A stretch of 60,991 bases of DNA, from NCBI GenBank assembly GCA_045566115.1, contig JBJLEC010000002.1, positions 1-60,991 on the forward strand. Reading direction: 5' to 3'. The notes under the pieces were generated by a model, which had not been told where the DNA came from, did not search any database, and was given only the letters and a program-made list of their open reading frames with translations. This document shows, one piece after another, positions 44,757 through 54,754 of the stretch. The DNA is from Candidatus Pelagibacter sp. GTDB taxonomy: Bacteria; Pseudomonadota; Alphaproteobacteria; Pelagibacterales; Pelagibacteraceae. Made by a program: the position numbers and the translations under genes. Each line of letters starts with the position of its first letter. The stretch's first letter is position 1.

Positions 44757-46208
44757 ATGGAAAAAACATACATATCAATACAAACATCACTAACAGTAAC
44801 AGTTATAGTAGGTCTTTTTTTTATAGGACTTGGTTATTTAAATTCTAAAAAAATAACTAATAACAAAAATTATATTGTTGGAGATAGAAATGAAAATACC
44901 TTTTCTTTAACGGCAAGTTTAACTGCCTCAGCATTAGGAGCATGGATTCTTTTTGGACCAGCTTCAGCGGCGACTTGGGGCGGAATAGGTGCTGTAATAG
45001 GATATGCATTAGGTACAGCTGCACCAATGCTGCTTTTATATAACTTTGGACCAAAAATAAGAAAAGAATTTCCTAATGGATTAACATTAACAGAGTTCAT
45101 TAAAAAAAGATTTGGTTTGGGAATACTTAAAATAAGTTTATTTTTAATATTATTTTATTTAACAATATTTTTGATAGCGGAAGTGACAGCAATAGCATCT
45201 TTATTGAACTTTATATCTCAAGTACCGTTATGGATCACAGCAGGTGTTACTTTAATAATTTGTCTACTTTACATATTGAGAGGTGGATTTAAACTTTCAA
45301 TTATTACTGATAAATACCAATTTAGTTTTATTATATTAATTATTTTAGCATCAGTATTTTTAATTTTATCAAATATAGATTTATCAGGTTATGAATTAAT
45401 TAAAAAAAATTCTCCTAATTTGATTGATAAAAATTATCTACCTAATTATACAGCCGGGTTAACTTTCTTTATAGCTGTAGCAGCAACAAATTTGTTCCAT
45501 CAAGGAAATTGGCAAAGAGTTTTTTCTGCAAAAAATAATTTTATTTTAAAATCAAGTTTAATTTATTCATCAATAATTATTTTCTTTATAGTTTTTTGGA
45601 TGGGTTATTCAGGTTTAATATCTTATTCATTAAATGCAAAAGTAATACCTGATTTAGCTTTCTTTGATTTAATTCTTAATAATAAAAATTCCTTTATAAT
45701 TATAGGTATACTAATATTAGCAATGTCTTTGACTTTAAGTACGATCGACACATTAATTAACGCTATTTCAAGTTTGATTATCGTCGACGGAAATCAAATA
45801 AATAAATCTTTAAGTGGTAAAGAAATTAAAAGCAAAGCGAACTTAATAATTTTACTTTTGAGTATATTGGTTTTTATTTTAGCATCTAAGGGTTACAGTA
45901 TTTTATATTTATTTTTATTAGCAGACCTATTATGCTGTGCTGCTGTAATAACAATATTTTATGGTTTCTTTAATAAGAAAGTTAATACAAAGTTAGCAGC
46001 GTCATCTATTATTTGCGGTCTTGTATTTGGGTTGCTTTTCTTTCCTAGTACAAACTTTCAAAGCAGTATTCTAGTCGGAAATTTGATATCAAAAGATTTG
46101 TTTAACTCTTTTATTACTGGAAACTTATTGTTTATTTCTTTTGCAATTTCTTTATTGATACCTTTGATAATGATATCTATTTATTCTTTGCGTAATTCAT
46201 TTAAATAA
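44757..46208 (+). CDS. thiV: Sodium:solute symporter, ThiV-like thiamin-precursor transporter
   Basis: SSS-type TM pattern, Q.NWQRVFSAK, ST.DTL.NAISS, THI-box upstream. ATG 44757 follows the SD. Confidence 0.8.
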   Translation: MEKTYISIQTSLTVTVIVGLFFIGLGYLNSKKITNNKNYIVGDRNENTFSLTASLTASALGAWILFGPASAATWGGIGAVIGYALGTAAPMLLLYNFGPKIRKEFPNGLTLTEFIKKRFGLGILKISLFLILFYLTIFLIAEVTAIASLLNFISQVPLWITAGVTLIICLLYILRGGFKLSIITDKYQFSFIILIILASVFLILSNIDLSGYELIKKNSPNLIDKNYLPNYTAGLTFFIAVAATNLFHQGNWQRVFSAKNNFILKSSLIYSSIIIFFIVFWMGYSGLISYSLNAKVIPDLAFFDLILNNKNSFIIIGILILAMSLTLSTIDTLINAISSLIIVDGNQINKSLSGKEIKSKANLIILLLSILVFILASKGYSILYLFLLADLLCCAAVITIFYGFFNKKVNTKLAASSIICGLVFGLLFFPSTNFQSSILVGNLISKDLFNSFITGNLLFISFAISLLIPLIMISIYSLRNSFK

Positions 46209-47053
46209 ATGATCACAGCTATCCAAATGAATATAAAAGAAACTAATTTGTCGAAGTTTAAAGGTTCATTAAAATAATATAATCCCAAAAAGAATTGAGA
46301 TGTTGGCGTAAGAAAAAATATCATACTAGCTGGTCCAATGCCTATAAGTTCAAACCCTTTTGTGTACCAGAAAAGAGGAATTAAAGTCATTAGCCCAGCC
46401 CAGAATAAGTAAAAGGATAAAATAGGTTTATTAATAGAAAAAATATTTACATTATTTTTAACTAAAAAAATGAAAAGAACTATAGCTATTGGTGATATCA
46501 GTAAAGTTTCAATAAGCAATCCCGTATCTGAAGAAACTTTAATTTTTTTCCTTATTAAGCTGTATAGACTGAATGTAGTGGCCACAGTAATACCAATCCA
46601 TGGAACTGTGCCTAATTTAATTAATAAATAAATTAAAGCTACAATAACTAAAAGGACAGACGTAATTTTATTTTTGTTATATTTTTCTTTTAAAAAGATA
46701 ATCCCGAAAAATACACTTAAAATTGGAAATATATAGTAGCCTAAAGCTGAGTCTAATAAATTGTTAGTTTTAACAGCATATAGCCATGTAAACCAATTAA
46801 TTGAAATTAAAAGCCCAGTAAAAAGAAAAATTAAAATATTAACTCTCTTATTTATAACCTTTTTAAATTCATGCCATTTAGAAAAATGAGAAGTGGTAAT
46901 AATAAGCAATAGAGCAGTCCAGATTGTTCTATGTATTGTTAACTCCAGTGCAGAGGCAAAAGAAACAAACTTAAAATATAATACTCCTATGATACCCCAC
47001 CAAAGAGAAGCTCCAACTGTGTATAATGAACCTTTAAATAAATTTTTCTTCAT
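46181..47053 (-). CDS. rarD: RarD/EamA-family (DMT) transporter
   Basis: LWWG...YFK, HR.IW, INW.T, LGYYIFP, TFSLY.LIRK, P..QF.LG...F.EP. Confidence 0.9.
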   Translation of the reverse strand: MKKNLFKGSLYTVGASLWWGIIGVLYFKFVSFASALELTIHRTIWTALLLIITTSHFSKWHEFKKVINKRVNILIFLFTGLLISINWFTWLYAVKTNNLLDSALGYYIFPILSVFFGIIFLKEKYNKNKITSVLLVIVALIYLLIKLGTVPWIGITVATTFSLYSLIRKKIKVSSDTGLLIETLLISPIAIVLFIFLVKNNVNIFSINKPILSFYLFWAGLMTLIPLFWYTKGFELIGIGPASMIFFLTPTSQFFLGLYYFNEPLNFDKLVSFIFIWIAVIIYLNELRKE

Positions 47054-47123
47054 TTGACCATTTTTTTGATTGATTTATAAGATACTTAATTAATAAATAG
47101 TACTAAATTAGCTTGTTAAAAAT

Positions 47124-47213
47124 GGAAGAGTGGGTGAGTGGCTTAAACCATACGGTTGCTAACTGTACGACGGGGAAACCTGTCCGAGAGTTCGAATCTC
47201 TCCTCTTCCGCCA
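47124..47213 (+). tRNA. tRNA-Ser (anticodon GCT), long variable arm, encoded CCA
   Basis: Acceptor GGAAGAG/CTCTTCC-G-CCA, anticodon arm TACGG-TTGCTAA-CTGTA, T arm GAGAG-TTCGAAT-CTCTC. Confidence 0.97.
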
Positions 47214-47217
47214 AGAA

Positions 47218-49482
47218 TTAGTTAAAAAAACTATCAATTTTAACAGGCTGTTTACTTAACATATATTTATATACGTTAATATTTTCTAAAACTCTTTGCA
47301 CATAATTTCTAGTTTCCTTAAATCTAATTAACTCAATCCAATTCACGTAAGAGAGTTGTCCTTTAGAAGGATCACCATTTACTCTTCTCCATGTTTTAAC
47401 CCTATTAGGACCAGCGTTATAAGCAGCTATAGCAAATGGAAATACACCATTATAATCTTCCATTAATGAGTTAAAATAATATGAGCCTAGCTTAATATTA
47501 TATTCCGGGTCTTTTGTAAGCCTACTAATACTATAAGGAAGCTTAGCTTGCTTAGCTACAATCTTGGCAGTAAATTTCATCAATTGCATCATTCCTCTAG
47601 CACCAGCCCAACTATTTGCCCTTCGGTCAAATTCACTTTCTTGACGAATAATTGCTAAAACAACTTCTTGATTTGGCATTGTTTTATTATTTATTACTTT
47701 AGGTGTATTAATAATTGGATAGTTATACTTATTATAAAATCTTTTTTCATACGATGCTTGTTTAGATATTTGTATAGCAAAGTCATATCTTTCAACTTCT
47801 GTAGCTAATCTAGCTGCTAAAACTTCACTACCTTTTTCAATATTTAAAGTTGCTAAATGCTTTATAATGTCTTTTGAAAGTTGTGAAGCATCTAGCTCTG
47901 TAAGCAAAATTATGTGATTTACAAGCTTATTTTTTCTAAAATCTTTTTCATAATCTTTATTAAATTTAGAGTCATCAATTAATTCAAAATTTTCACCTGG
48001 TTTAATTTCATTGAAAGAAAGCTGACCATAATAAGTCATTGGAAATTTAGCTCCTTCGCTAAAATATTTATATGATAAATCTTTATCCCCTAAACTTTTA
48101 TAGGTAGTTCCTAACCAGTAAGCTCCTCTAGCTAAACTAATAGGGTATCCAACATTATTATAAAAGTTTTGAAAATGACTAATTGCATATTCGGGTGATT
48201 TTAAAAAAGTTAAAGCAATCCAACCAGAAAGCCATTCAGCTTCTGCAAAGTCAGGCCCTGCAGATAAAGCATGTTCGCTTGAAATCTTGTAAGCTGTTTT
48301 ATATCGTTTTTTATAAATTAAAGCTCTAGTAACACTTTTTCTTTGTTCCCACCATCTATCTGGTCTTACCATTTGTGACTCGGTTCTATTAGAATTTTTA
48401 TATAATATTTCTAAAGAACCTTCTAATCTACCTCTTCTATTTCTCCATCTTAATCGGTCATACTCTAAACCTGTATTTGATTTTAAATGATTTGGAACTT
48501 TTGAAATTGCATTATCTACACCATATGAATTACTCATTAAAATTTGTCGAGCATTGTACAATGCTCTTTCATCTCCAGGTAAATATTTTAGCATTCTTTT
48601 TAAATCCCAATACTTCCTTTCCCAAGCTAAATGATCTGCTCTTTTAATATGATCTTCTGTTGTTAAAAATTTTTTAAACTTAGCTCTGTAATATCCTAAA
48701 TCGTTTTTTGGTATATCTGCTGTAACCCAGCCATCTTTAATTAAATTTTCAACTTTATCCAATTTTTTTTGCTCTAAATATGCTTCTGCTAATTTTATTT
48801 TACCTATTCCACCAACTGGTGGATGACGATTAAACCAATTTATTATCGATGTTGGTGAATTATTTCTTAAATATATTTTAGTTTCAGCGAGGTATTTAAT
48901 TCTGCTTATTCTAGGATATTCCTCATGTTGTTCGATAAATTTTTTATAATCATTAAAAGTTGCTGAATTTTGAGTAGTTTTCAGATGCATCCAAGTAATA
49001 AGTGTTCTAAAATTACTGTCTTTAACTTTTCTTGAACTTTTTAGTGCACTATTCCATTTCCTTGCTTTTATAAATTTAATAGTCTCTTTTGCTTTTTCAA
49101 AATCTTTTTGATTTAAAATTGTAGACTTATCAATTTCTTTAGATTGAACTTTATATGTAATTGGTTTTTTCTGAGGTAATAAAAAGTCAATTTTTTTTTG
49201 ATTTAATTTTTCTACTTTTTTAATTATCGGTTTCTTTTTCACATTTTTATTATTTTTATTCTCATCTTTTTTTTCTTCCAATTTTTGATTACTCTGACCC
49301 TCCGTTAGGATAATTGGTTTTTTTTGAGGCAAATTACTAAGATTTTCAGAGGCTATTTTTGTGTCAATTTTTTTAAATACAGAAGGTTTTTTTTTAGGAA
49401 AAAGGAATTGATCCTCAGAATAACTAAAACTTGTTGTTAAAAAAAATATTAATAGGGCTAGACTAATTAATTTATTGGTCAT
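47218..49482 (-). CDS. slt: Soluble lytic murein transglycosylase (Slt70-like)
   Basis: Signal peptide, AIIRQESEF, GARGMMQLM, AAYNAGP, ETRNYVQRV. Confidence 0.95.
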   Translation of the reverse strand: MTNKLISLALLIFFLTTSFSYSEDQFLFPKKKPSVFKKIDTKIASENLSNLPQKKPIILTEGQSNQKLEEKKDENKNNKNVKKKPIIKKVEKLNQKKIDFLLPQKKPITYKVQSKEIDKSTILNQKDFEKAKETIKFIKARKWNSALKSSRKVKDSNFRTLITWMHLKTTQNSATFNDYKKFIEQHEEYPRISRIKYLAETKIYLRNNSPTSIINWFNRHPPVGGIGKIKLAEAYLEQKKLDKVENLIKDGWVTADIPKNDLGYYRAKFKKFLTTEDHIKRADHLAWERKYWDLKRMLKYLPGDERALYNARQILMSNSYGVDNAISKVPNHLKSNTGLEYDRLRWRNRRGRLEGSLEILYKNSNRTESQMVRPDRWWEQRKSVTRALIYKKRYKTAYKISSEHALSAGPDFAEAEWLSGWIALTFLKSPEYAISHFQNFYNNVGYPISLARGAYWLGTTYKSLGDKDLSYKYFSEGAKFPMTYYGQLSFNEIKPGENFELIDDSKFNKDYEKDFRKNKLVNHIILLTELDASQLSKDIIKHLATLNIEKGSEVLAARLATEVERYDFAIQISKQASYEKRFYNKYNYPIINTPKVINNKTMPNQEVVLAIIRQESEFDRRANSWAGARGMMQLMKFTAKIVAKQAKLPYSISRLTKDPEYNIKLGSYYFNSLMEDYNGVFPFAIAAYNAGPNRVKTWRRVNGDPSKGQLSYVNWIELIRFKETRNYVQRVLENINVYKYMLSKQPVKIDSFFN

Positions 49483-49513
49483 AAGTTAAGAAATATTTAT
49501 CTTATATTGTTTT

Positions 49514-50383
49514 ATGCTTAAAGGATCAATTGTAGCTTTAATAACACCCTTTAAAGACAACAGTCTTGATGAAGAAAATTATATCAAATTAATTGACTAT
49601 CATCTAAAAAATGGCACTAATGGAATTGTCCCAGGTGGTACGACGGGTGAATCACCAACTTTATCTCATAACGAACATAAAAAAATTATCGAAATTTCTG
49701 TTAAAGAATGTAATTCAAAAATTCCAGTTATTGCTGGCACTGGTTCTAATTCGACAGATGAAGCAATAGAACTATCCAAATTTGCTGAAAAAGCTGGATC
49801 TGATGCTTTGCTTATAGTAACGCCTTACTACAACAAGCCAACACAAGAAGGCTTATACCAACATTATAAAAAAATTAATGACAATGTTGGAATTCCAATT
49901 GTAATTTACAATATTCCATCTCGTTCTGTAATTGATATGACTGTTGAAACTATGGCAAAGTTATTTGAATTAAAAAATATAATAGGAGTAAAAGATGCGA
50001 CCGGTGATTTAAAAAGAGTCGAACTTCAAAAAAAATCTATGGGTAGTGAATTTATTCAGTTAACTGGGAATGACGACAATGCTTTAGAATTTAATAAACT
50101 TGGAGGAGTTGGTGCTATCGGAGTAACAGCTAATATTGCTGCAAAGTTATCCTCTGAATTTCAAAAAGCTTGCGTTAAAAATTTAGCTAAAGCTGCGGAG
50201 TTAAATAAAATTCTTCAACCACTACATGCGGCTATGTTTATTGAAAGTAATCCTTCTCCTGTTAAATATGCAGCTTCATTATTAAAAATGTGTAATTCAA
50301 ATGTCCGACTTCCTCTTGTTGAAGTGGAAGAGACATCTAGGCAAAAGATATCGAATGCTCTTAAAGTAGCCAAATTACTTTAA
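49514..50383 (+). CDS. dapA: 4-hydroxy-tetrahydrodipicolinate synthase
   Basis: [29 protein letters not shown]. Confidence 0.98.
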   Translation: MLKGSIVALITPFKDNSLDEENYIKLIDYHLKNGTNGIVPGGTTGESPTLSHNEHKKIIEISVKECNSKIPVIAGTGSNSTDEAIELSKFAEKAGSDALLIVTPYYNKPTQEGLYQHYKKINDNVGIPIVIYNIPSRSVIDMTVETMAKLFELKNIIGVKDATGDLKRVELQKKSMGSEFIQLTGNDDNALEFNKLGGVGAIGVTANIAAKLSSEFQKACVKNLAKAAELNKILQPLHAAMFIESNPSPVKYAASLLKMCNSNVRLPLVEVEETSRQKISNALKVAKLL

Positions 50384-50856
50384 TGAAACAAAAAACGGTT
50401 CCTGGTCAAAAAATTATATGTTTAAATCGTAAAGCTAGTTTTAATTACTTTTTTATTGAACTATTAGAAGCCGGTATTTCATTAAAGGGGTCTGAAGTAA
50501 AATCTCTTCGTGACGGCAAAGGTAGTATAGCAGACTCGTATGCAATCGATAACAATGGAGAATTATTTCTAATAAATTCTCATATACCTCTTTATAGACA
50601 GTCATCTTACAATAATCACGATCCAAAAAGTGACAGAAAACTTTTATTAAATCGAAAAGAAATTAATAAATTAATAGGGAGAATTAATCAGGATGGTTTA
50701 ACTCTAATACCTACAAAATTATATTTTATTAAAGGGAAAGTAAAAGTTGAAATAGCTGTAGCAAAAGGAAAAAAACTTTATGATAAAAGACAAGTTAAAA
50801 AAACGAGAGACTGGAATAGAGAAAAAGCAAGATTATTAAGTAAAAATAATAAATGA
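50383..50856 (+). CDS. smpB: SsrA-binding protein
   Basis: [30 protein letters not shown]. Confidence 0.98.
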   Translation: MKQKTVPGQKIICLNRKASFNYFFIELLEAGISLKGSEVKSLRDGKGSIADSYAIDNNGELFLINSHIPLYRQSSYNNHDPKSDRKLLLNRKEINKLIGRINQDGLTLIPTKLYFIKGKVKVEIAVAKGKKLYDKRQVKKTRDWNREKARLLSKNNK

Positions 50857-51368
50857 TACATCTAAACATAGGCTCAAATCTTGAGTCAAAATTTGGTAAC
50901 CGATTTGAAAATATATCCATAGCAATTGATTTATTAATTAATTCAAAATTAAAAATAAATAAAATATCAAATTTTTACGAAACTCCATCATATCCGAATA
51001 AAAAAATGCCTAATTTTTTAAATATCGGAGTATTTGCTGATTATGAATATAATGAAACAACGTTAATAAAAGAAATTAATTTAATTGAAAAAAAAATTGG
51101 AAGGATCAGATTTAAAAAAAATGATCCAAGAGTTTGTGATATTGATATTATTGATTTTAATGGCTTGATAATTAATACTGAAAGTCTAAAAATACCACAT
51201 GAGAAGTGTCATTTAAGAAATTTTGTACTATACCCAATATTGCAAATAGACTCAGAGTGGGTTCATCCAATAATTAAGAAAAATGTTAAATTTTTAATCA
51301 ATAAGCTAGATCAAAAATCTAGGATTGAGATTACAAGATTGAATAAAAATGTTATTATCAAATCATGA
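50853..51368 (+). CDS. folK: 6-hydroxymethyl-7,8-dihydropterin pyrophosphokinase
   Basis: [21 protein letters not shown]...R.FVL.P. Confidence 0.95.
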   Translation: MIHLNIGSNLESKFGNRFENISIAIDLLINSKLKINKISNFYETPSYPNKKMPNFLNIGVFADYEYNETTLIKEINLIEKKIGRIRFKKNDPRVCDIDIIDFNGLIINTESLKIPHEKCHLRNFVLYPILQIDSEWVHPIIKKNVKFLINKLDQKSRIEITRLNKNVIIKS

Positions 51369-53113
51369 TTAATAATAATGATCTAATTAGCCAAATTAAA
51401 TCTTATAACAAATTTTTAAATTCTGAAACTTTGAATAAAGCATATAATTTTGCTCTTGAAGCTCATCAAAATCAAAAAAGAGAAGAAGGAGTGCCATACA
51501 TTATACATCCTTTAGCTGTTGCAAAAATTTTAACAGATTTAAAACTTGACAGCGCAACAATTACTACTGGATTGCTTCATGATACAATAGAGGATACTAA
51601 AGTGACATATGAGAGTGTTAGAAAAGAATTTGGTGAAGAAGTAGCAAATTTAGTTGACGGTGTAACTAAAATATCTGAATTAGAAACTAAAGCCTCAACT
51701 GACTCTAAGGCAGAAAACTTTAGAAAATTAATTTTAGCAACCTCAAAAGACATAAGGGTTCTTCTTGTCAAACTTGCGGACCGGCTTCATAACATGAGAA
51801 CAATTCAGTTTGTTAAAGATAAGGATAAAATAATACGTAAAGCTAAAGAGACAATGGAAATTTATGCACCACTTGCTGATCGAATGGGCATGAATAGAAT
51901 TAGAGATGAGCTAGAAGATTTATCATTTTCAGTTTTAAACAAACCAGCAAGAGATCTTATATTACAGAGACTAAAATTTATAAAAAACAATAGAGAAGAT
52001 ACCTTTAAGTCAATATCAATTGAGTTTATTGAACTTTTAAAAAATAATGGAATTGATGCAACAATAACAGGTCGAGAAAAAACTCCTTTTTCAATTTGGA
52101 GAAAAATTCAAAATAAAAAAGTTTCTTTAGAACAACTAACAGACATTATTGGTTTTAGAATTATTGTAAAAAATGTAGAAGATTGTTATAAAACTTTAGG
52201 TGTTTTCCATAGTAAATTTTCTGCGATACCTGGAAAATTTAAAGATTATATTTCAACACCAAAGATAAATAAATATAAGTCCATTCATACATCAGTAATT
52301 GGCCCTAGAAAAAATAGAATTGAAATACAAATTAGAAATTTTGAAATGCATGAATTTGCAGAACGTGGTATTGCATCTCATTGGAAATATAAATCATCTG
52401 AAAAATTTTCTGATTTATCTTGGAAAGAATATGATTGGTTAAGAGATTTAGTTGAAATTATTGAAACAGGAAATAGTCCAGAACATTATTATGAATTTAC
52501 GAAGCTTCAAATGTTTCAAGAAAATGTTTTTTGTTTTACACCTAAAGGTTCGGTAATTAAACTTCCAATGAACGCAACGCCAATTGATTTTGCTTATGCT
52601 GTTCATACTAAAATTGGAAATAGTGCTATTAGTTCTTTAGTCAACGGTACTGTAAAAACTTTACAAAGTGTTTTAAAAAATGGTGATATGGTTAAAATTA
52701 TAACCTCAAAAAATGCCTCACCATCATTACATTGGCTTAGCTCTGCAAAAACTGGAAAGGCAAGAGCTTCAATAAGAAGATATTGGCAAGATAAGTCTTT
52801 AAAAAATAGTCAAAATATTGAAAAGAATTATTCAAGCACAATTGAAGTTGATTTGCCGCACAAACCTGGTGCACTCGGGAATATTTGTCATTTAATAGGA
52901 TTAAACAAGGGTAATATAATTAATGTTGAATTGGTAGAACGAAAAGATGATTATTACAAATTTTCTTTAGATCTACAAATTAAGGATTTGAAAAATTTTA
53001 CAAACTTGATAAGTCAAATAAAGCAAAGTAATTTAAATTTTAAAATAATAAGACATAAACAGAAAAAAAATGCTTTCATTAGAAGAATCTTTGAAAATTT
53101 TAAAAGAAACTAA
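51365..53113 (+). CDS. spoT: Bifunctional (p)ppGpp synthetase/hydrolase (compact long RSH)
   Basis: HDTIED hydrolase, KFKDY / Y.SIHT / EIQIR synthetase, TGS (FTPKG...DFAYAVHT), ACT. Confidence 0.95.
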   Translation: MINNNDLISQIKSYNKFLNSETLNKAYNFALEAHQNQKREEGVPYIIHPLAVAKILTDLKLDSATITTGLLHDTIEDTKVTYESVRKEFGEEVANLVDGVTKISELETKASTDSKAENFRKLILATSKDIRVLLVKLADRLHNMRTIQFVKDKDKIIRKAKETMEIYAPLADRMGMNRIRDELEDLSFSVLNKPARDLILQRLKFIKNNREDTFKSISIEFIELLKNNGIDATITGREKTPFSIWRKIQNKKVSLEQLTDIIGFRIIVKNVEDCYKTLGVFHSKFSAIPGKFKDYISTPKINKYKSIHTSVIGPRKNRIEIQIRNFEMHEFAERGIASHWKYKSSEKFSDLSWKEYDWLRDLVEIIETGNSPEHYYEFTKLQMFQENVFCFTPKGSVIKLPMNATPIDFAYAVHTKIGNSAISSLVNGTVKTLQSVLKNGDMVKIITSKNASPSLHWLSSAKTGKARASIRRYWQDKSLKNSQNIEKNYSSTIEVDLPHKPGALGNICHLIGLNKGNIINVELVERKDDYYKFSLDLQIKDLKNFTNLISQIKQSNLNFKIIRHKQKKNAFIRRIFENFKRN

Positions 53114-53651
53114 CGCTTTAATAGAAGGTCATTTTATACTTTCCTCTGGTTTACATAGTTCAAAATACGTACAATGTGCTCAATTGATGAGTAAACCACA
53201 TAAAGCTAATAAATTATGTGCAGCTCTTGCCGAAAAAATTCAAAAAGAATTTACTGAATTTGATATAATTTTGTCACCAGCTATGGGAGGAATTATTATT
53301 GGTTACGAAATAGGCAAGATTCTAAAAAAAGAAACAATTTTTTCAGAAAGAGAAAGTGGAGAATTTAAACTAAGAAGGGGTTTTAAAATTAAAAAGAATG
53401 CTAAAGTTTTAATTATAGAAGATGTTATTACAACTGGTAAATCAAGTTTAGAATGTTCAAGTCTCGTCAATTCAAATGAAGGAATTATTGTTGGATATGC
53501 TTGTATAATAGATCGATCTAATGGAAAATCTGAAATAAAAAGTAAGATAGTTTCCCAGGTAGAGTTAAACATACCTACATTTTCAAAAAATAATTTACCA
53601 AAAGAATTGTCTTCAATTAAACCAGTCAAACCTGGAAGTAGAAATATTTAA
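53070..53651 (+). CDS. pyrE: Orotate phosphoribosyltransferase
   Basis: GHFILSSGLHS, IIEDVITTGKS. Confidence 0.97.
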   Translation: MLSLEESLKILKETNALIEGHFILSSGLHSSKYVQCAQLMSKPHKANKLCAALAEKIQKEFTEFDIILSPAMGGIIIGYEIGKILKKETIFSERESGEFKLRRGFKIKKNAKVLIIEDVITTGKSSLECSSLVNSNEGIIVGYACIIDRSNGKSEIKSKIVSQVELNIPTFSKNNLPKELSSIKPVKPGSRNI

Positions 53652-54377
53652 ATGAAGAGAATTAGACTTGGTGTAAATATCGACCATGTTGCAACAGTTA
53701 GAAATGCAAGAGGTGAAATATATCCAAGTCCTTTAAGAGCTGCTTTGCTAGCTCAAAAAAATGGAGCAGACTCTATAACAATTCATTTAAGGGAAGACAG
53801 AAGACATATTAATGAAATTGATCTTAAACAAATAAAAAATAAGCTAAAAATTCCACTTAATTTAGAAATAGCAGCCACAAAAGAAATGTTAAGGATTGCC
53901 TTAAAAAGTAAACCACCTTTTGTATGTATTGTTCCTGAAAAAAGAAAAGAAATAACTACTGAAGGTGGATTAAATTTAAATTATAATAAAAAATCTCTTG
54001 CAAATATTATTAAAAAATTAAAAAAAAATAAATCCAGAATAAGTTTGTTCATAGAACCAAATTTGAAAGATGTTAATGAGTCAAAAAAACTTGGTGCTGA
54101 TTGCGTAGAATTACACACCGGAAAATTATGTAATTTAATTAATAAAAAAAAAAGTTATAAAAAAGAATTAATTAAGATAAAAGCTGCTGTTAAATTAAGC
54201 AATAAATTAGGATTAGAAGTTCACGCAGGACATGGTTTAGTATTTAACTCAGCTAAAATCTTGTCAAAAATAAATGGTATTAAAGAATACAATATTGGAC
54301 ATTTCTTAATTGGAGAAGCCATATTTGTAGGCTTATCAAATGTTATTAAATCATTTAAAAAGATTTTAAAATCATGA
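53652..54377 (+). CDS. pdxJ: Pyridoxine 5'-phosphate synthase
   Basis: LGVNIDHVATVRNAR, HLREDRRHI, HAGHGL. Confidence 0.98.
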   Translation: MKRIRLGVNIDHVATVRNARGEIYPSPLRAALLAQKNGADSITIHLREDRRHINEIDLKQIKNKLKIPLNLEIAATKEMLRIALKSKPPFVCIVPEKRKEITTEGGLNLNYNKKSLANIIKKLKKNKSRISLFIEPNLKDVNESKKLGADCVELHTGKLCNLINKKKSYKKELIKIKAAVKLSNKLGLEVHAGHGLVFNSAKILSKINGIKEYNIGHFLIGEAIFVGLSNVIKSFKKILKS

Positions 54378-54754
54378 AAATCTATGGAATTGGTACAGAT
54401 ATAGTTGGTATTGATAGGATTAAAAAAACAATAAAAGACCAAAAAATTTTAAAACGACTATTTAATGAAAAAGAGATTTCAAGATGTAGTAAAATACTTA
54501 ATTCACAAAATTGTTATGCTAAAAGATTTGCTGCCAAGGAGGCTTTTTCCAAAGCTTTAGGAATTGGTATTTCCAATGGAATAAATTTCAACGAAATTAT
54601 TGTACTAAATAATAAAAATGGCAAACCCTTAATTAAATTTGAAGGTAAAACAAAAAAATTAATGACAAAAAAATTTAACAATAAAGCTATAATTTTTTTA
54701 TCTCTTTCTGATGAAAAAAAATATGCAGTTGCATTCGTAACTATCTCTATATGA
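54374..54754 (+). CDS. acpS: Holo-ACP synthase
   Basis: GIGTDIV, RFAAKEAFSKALG, LSLSDE. Confidence 0.97.
   Translation: MKIYGIGTDIVGIDRIKKTIKDQKILKRLFNEKEISRCSKILNSQNCYAKRFAAKEAFSKALGIGISNGINFNEIIVLNNKNGKPLIKFEGKTKKLMTKKFNNKAIIFLSLSDEKKYAVAFVTISI

Noticed and set aside
42981-47213. umuDC-thiV-rarD next to tRNA-Ser as an integrated island
   Set aside because: No integrase, no duplicated tRNA 3' end and no visible composition shift. The block lies 5' of the tRNA, whose 3' end abuts the core slt gene.
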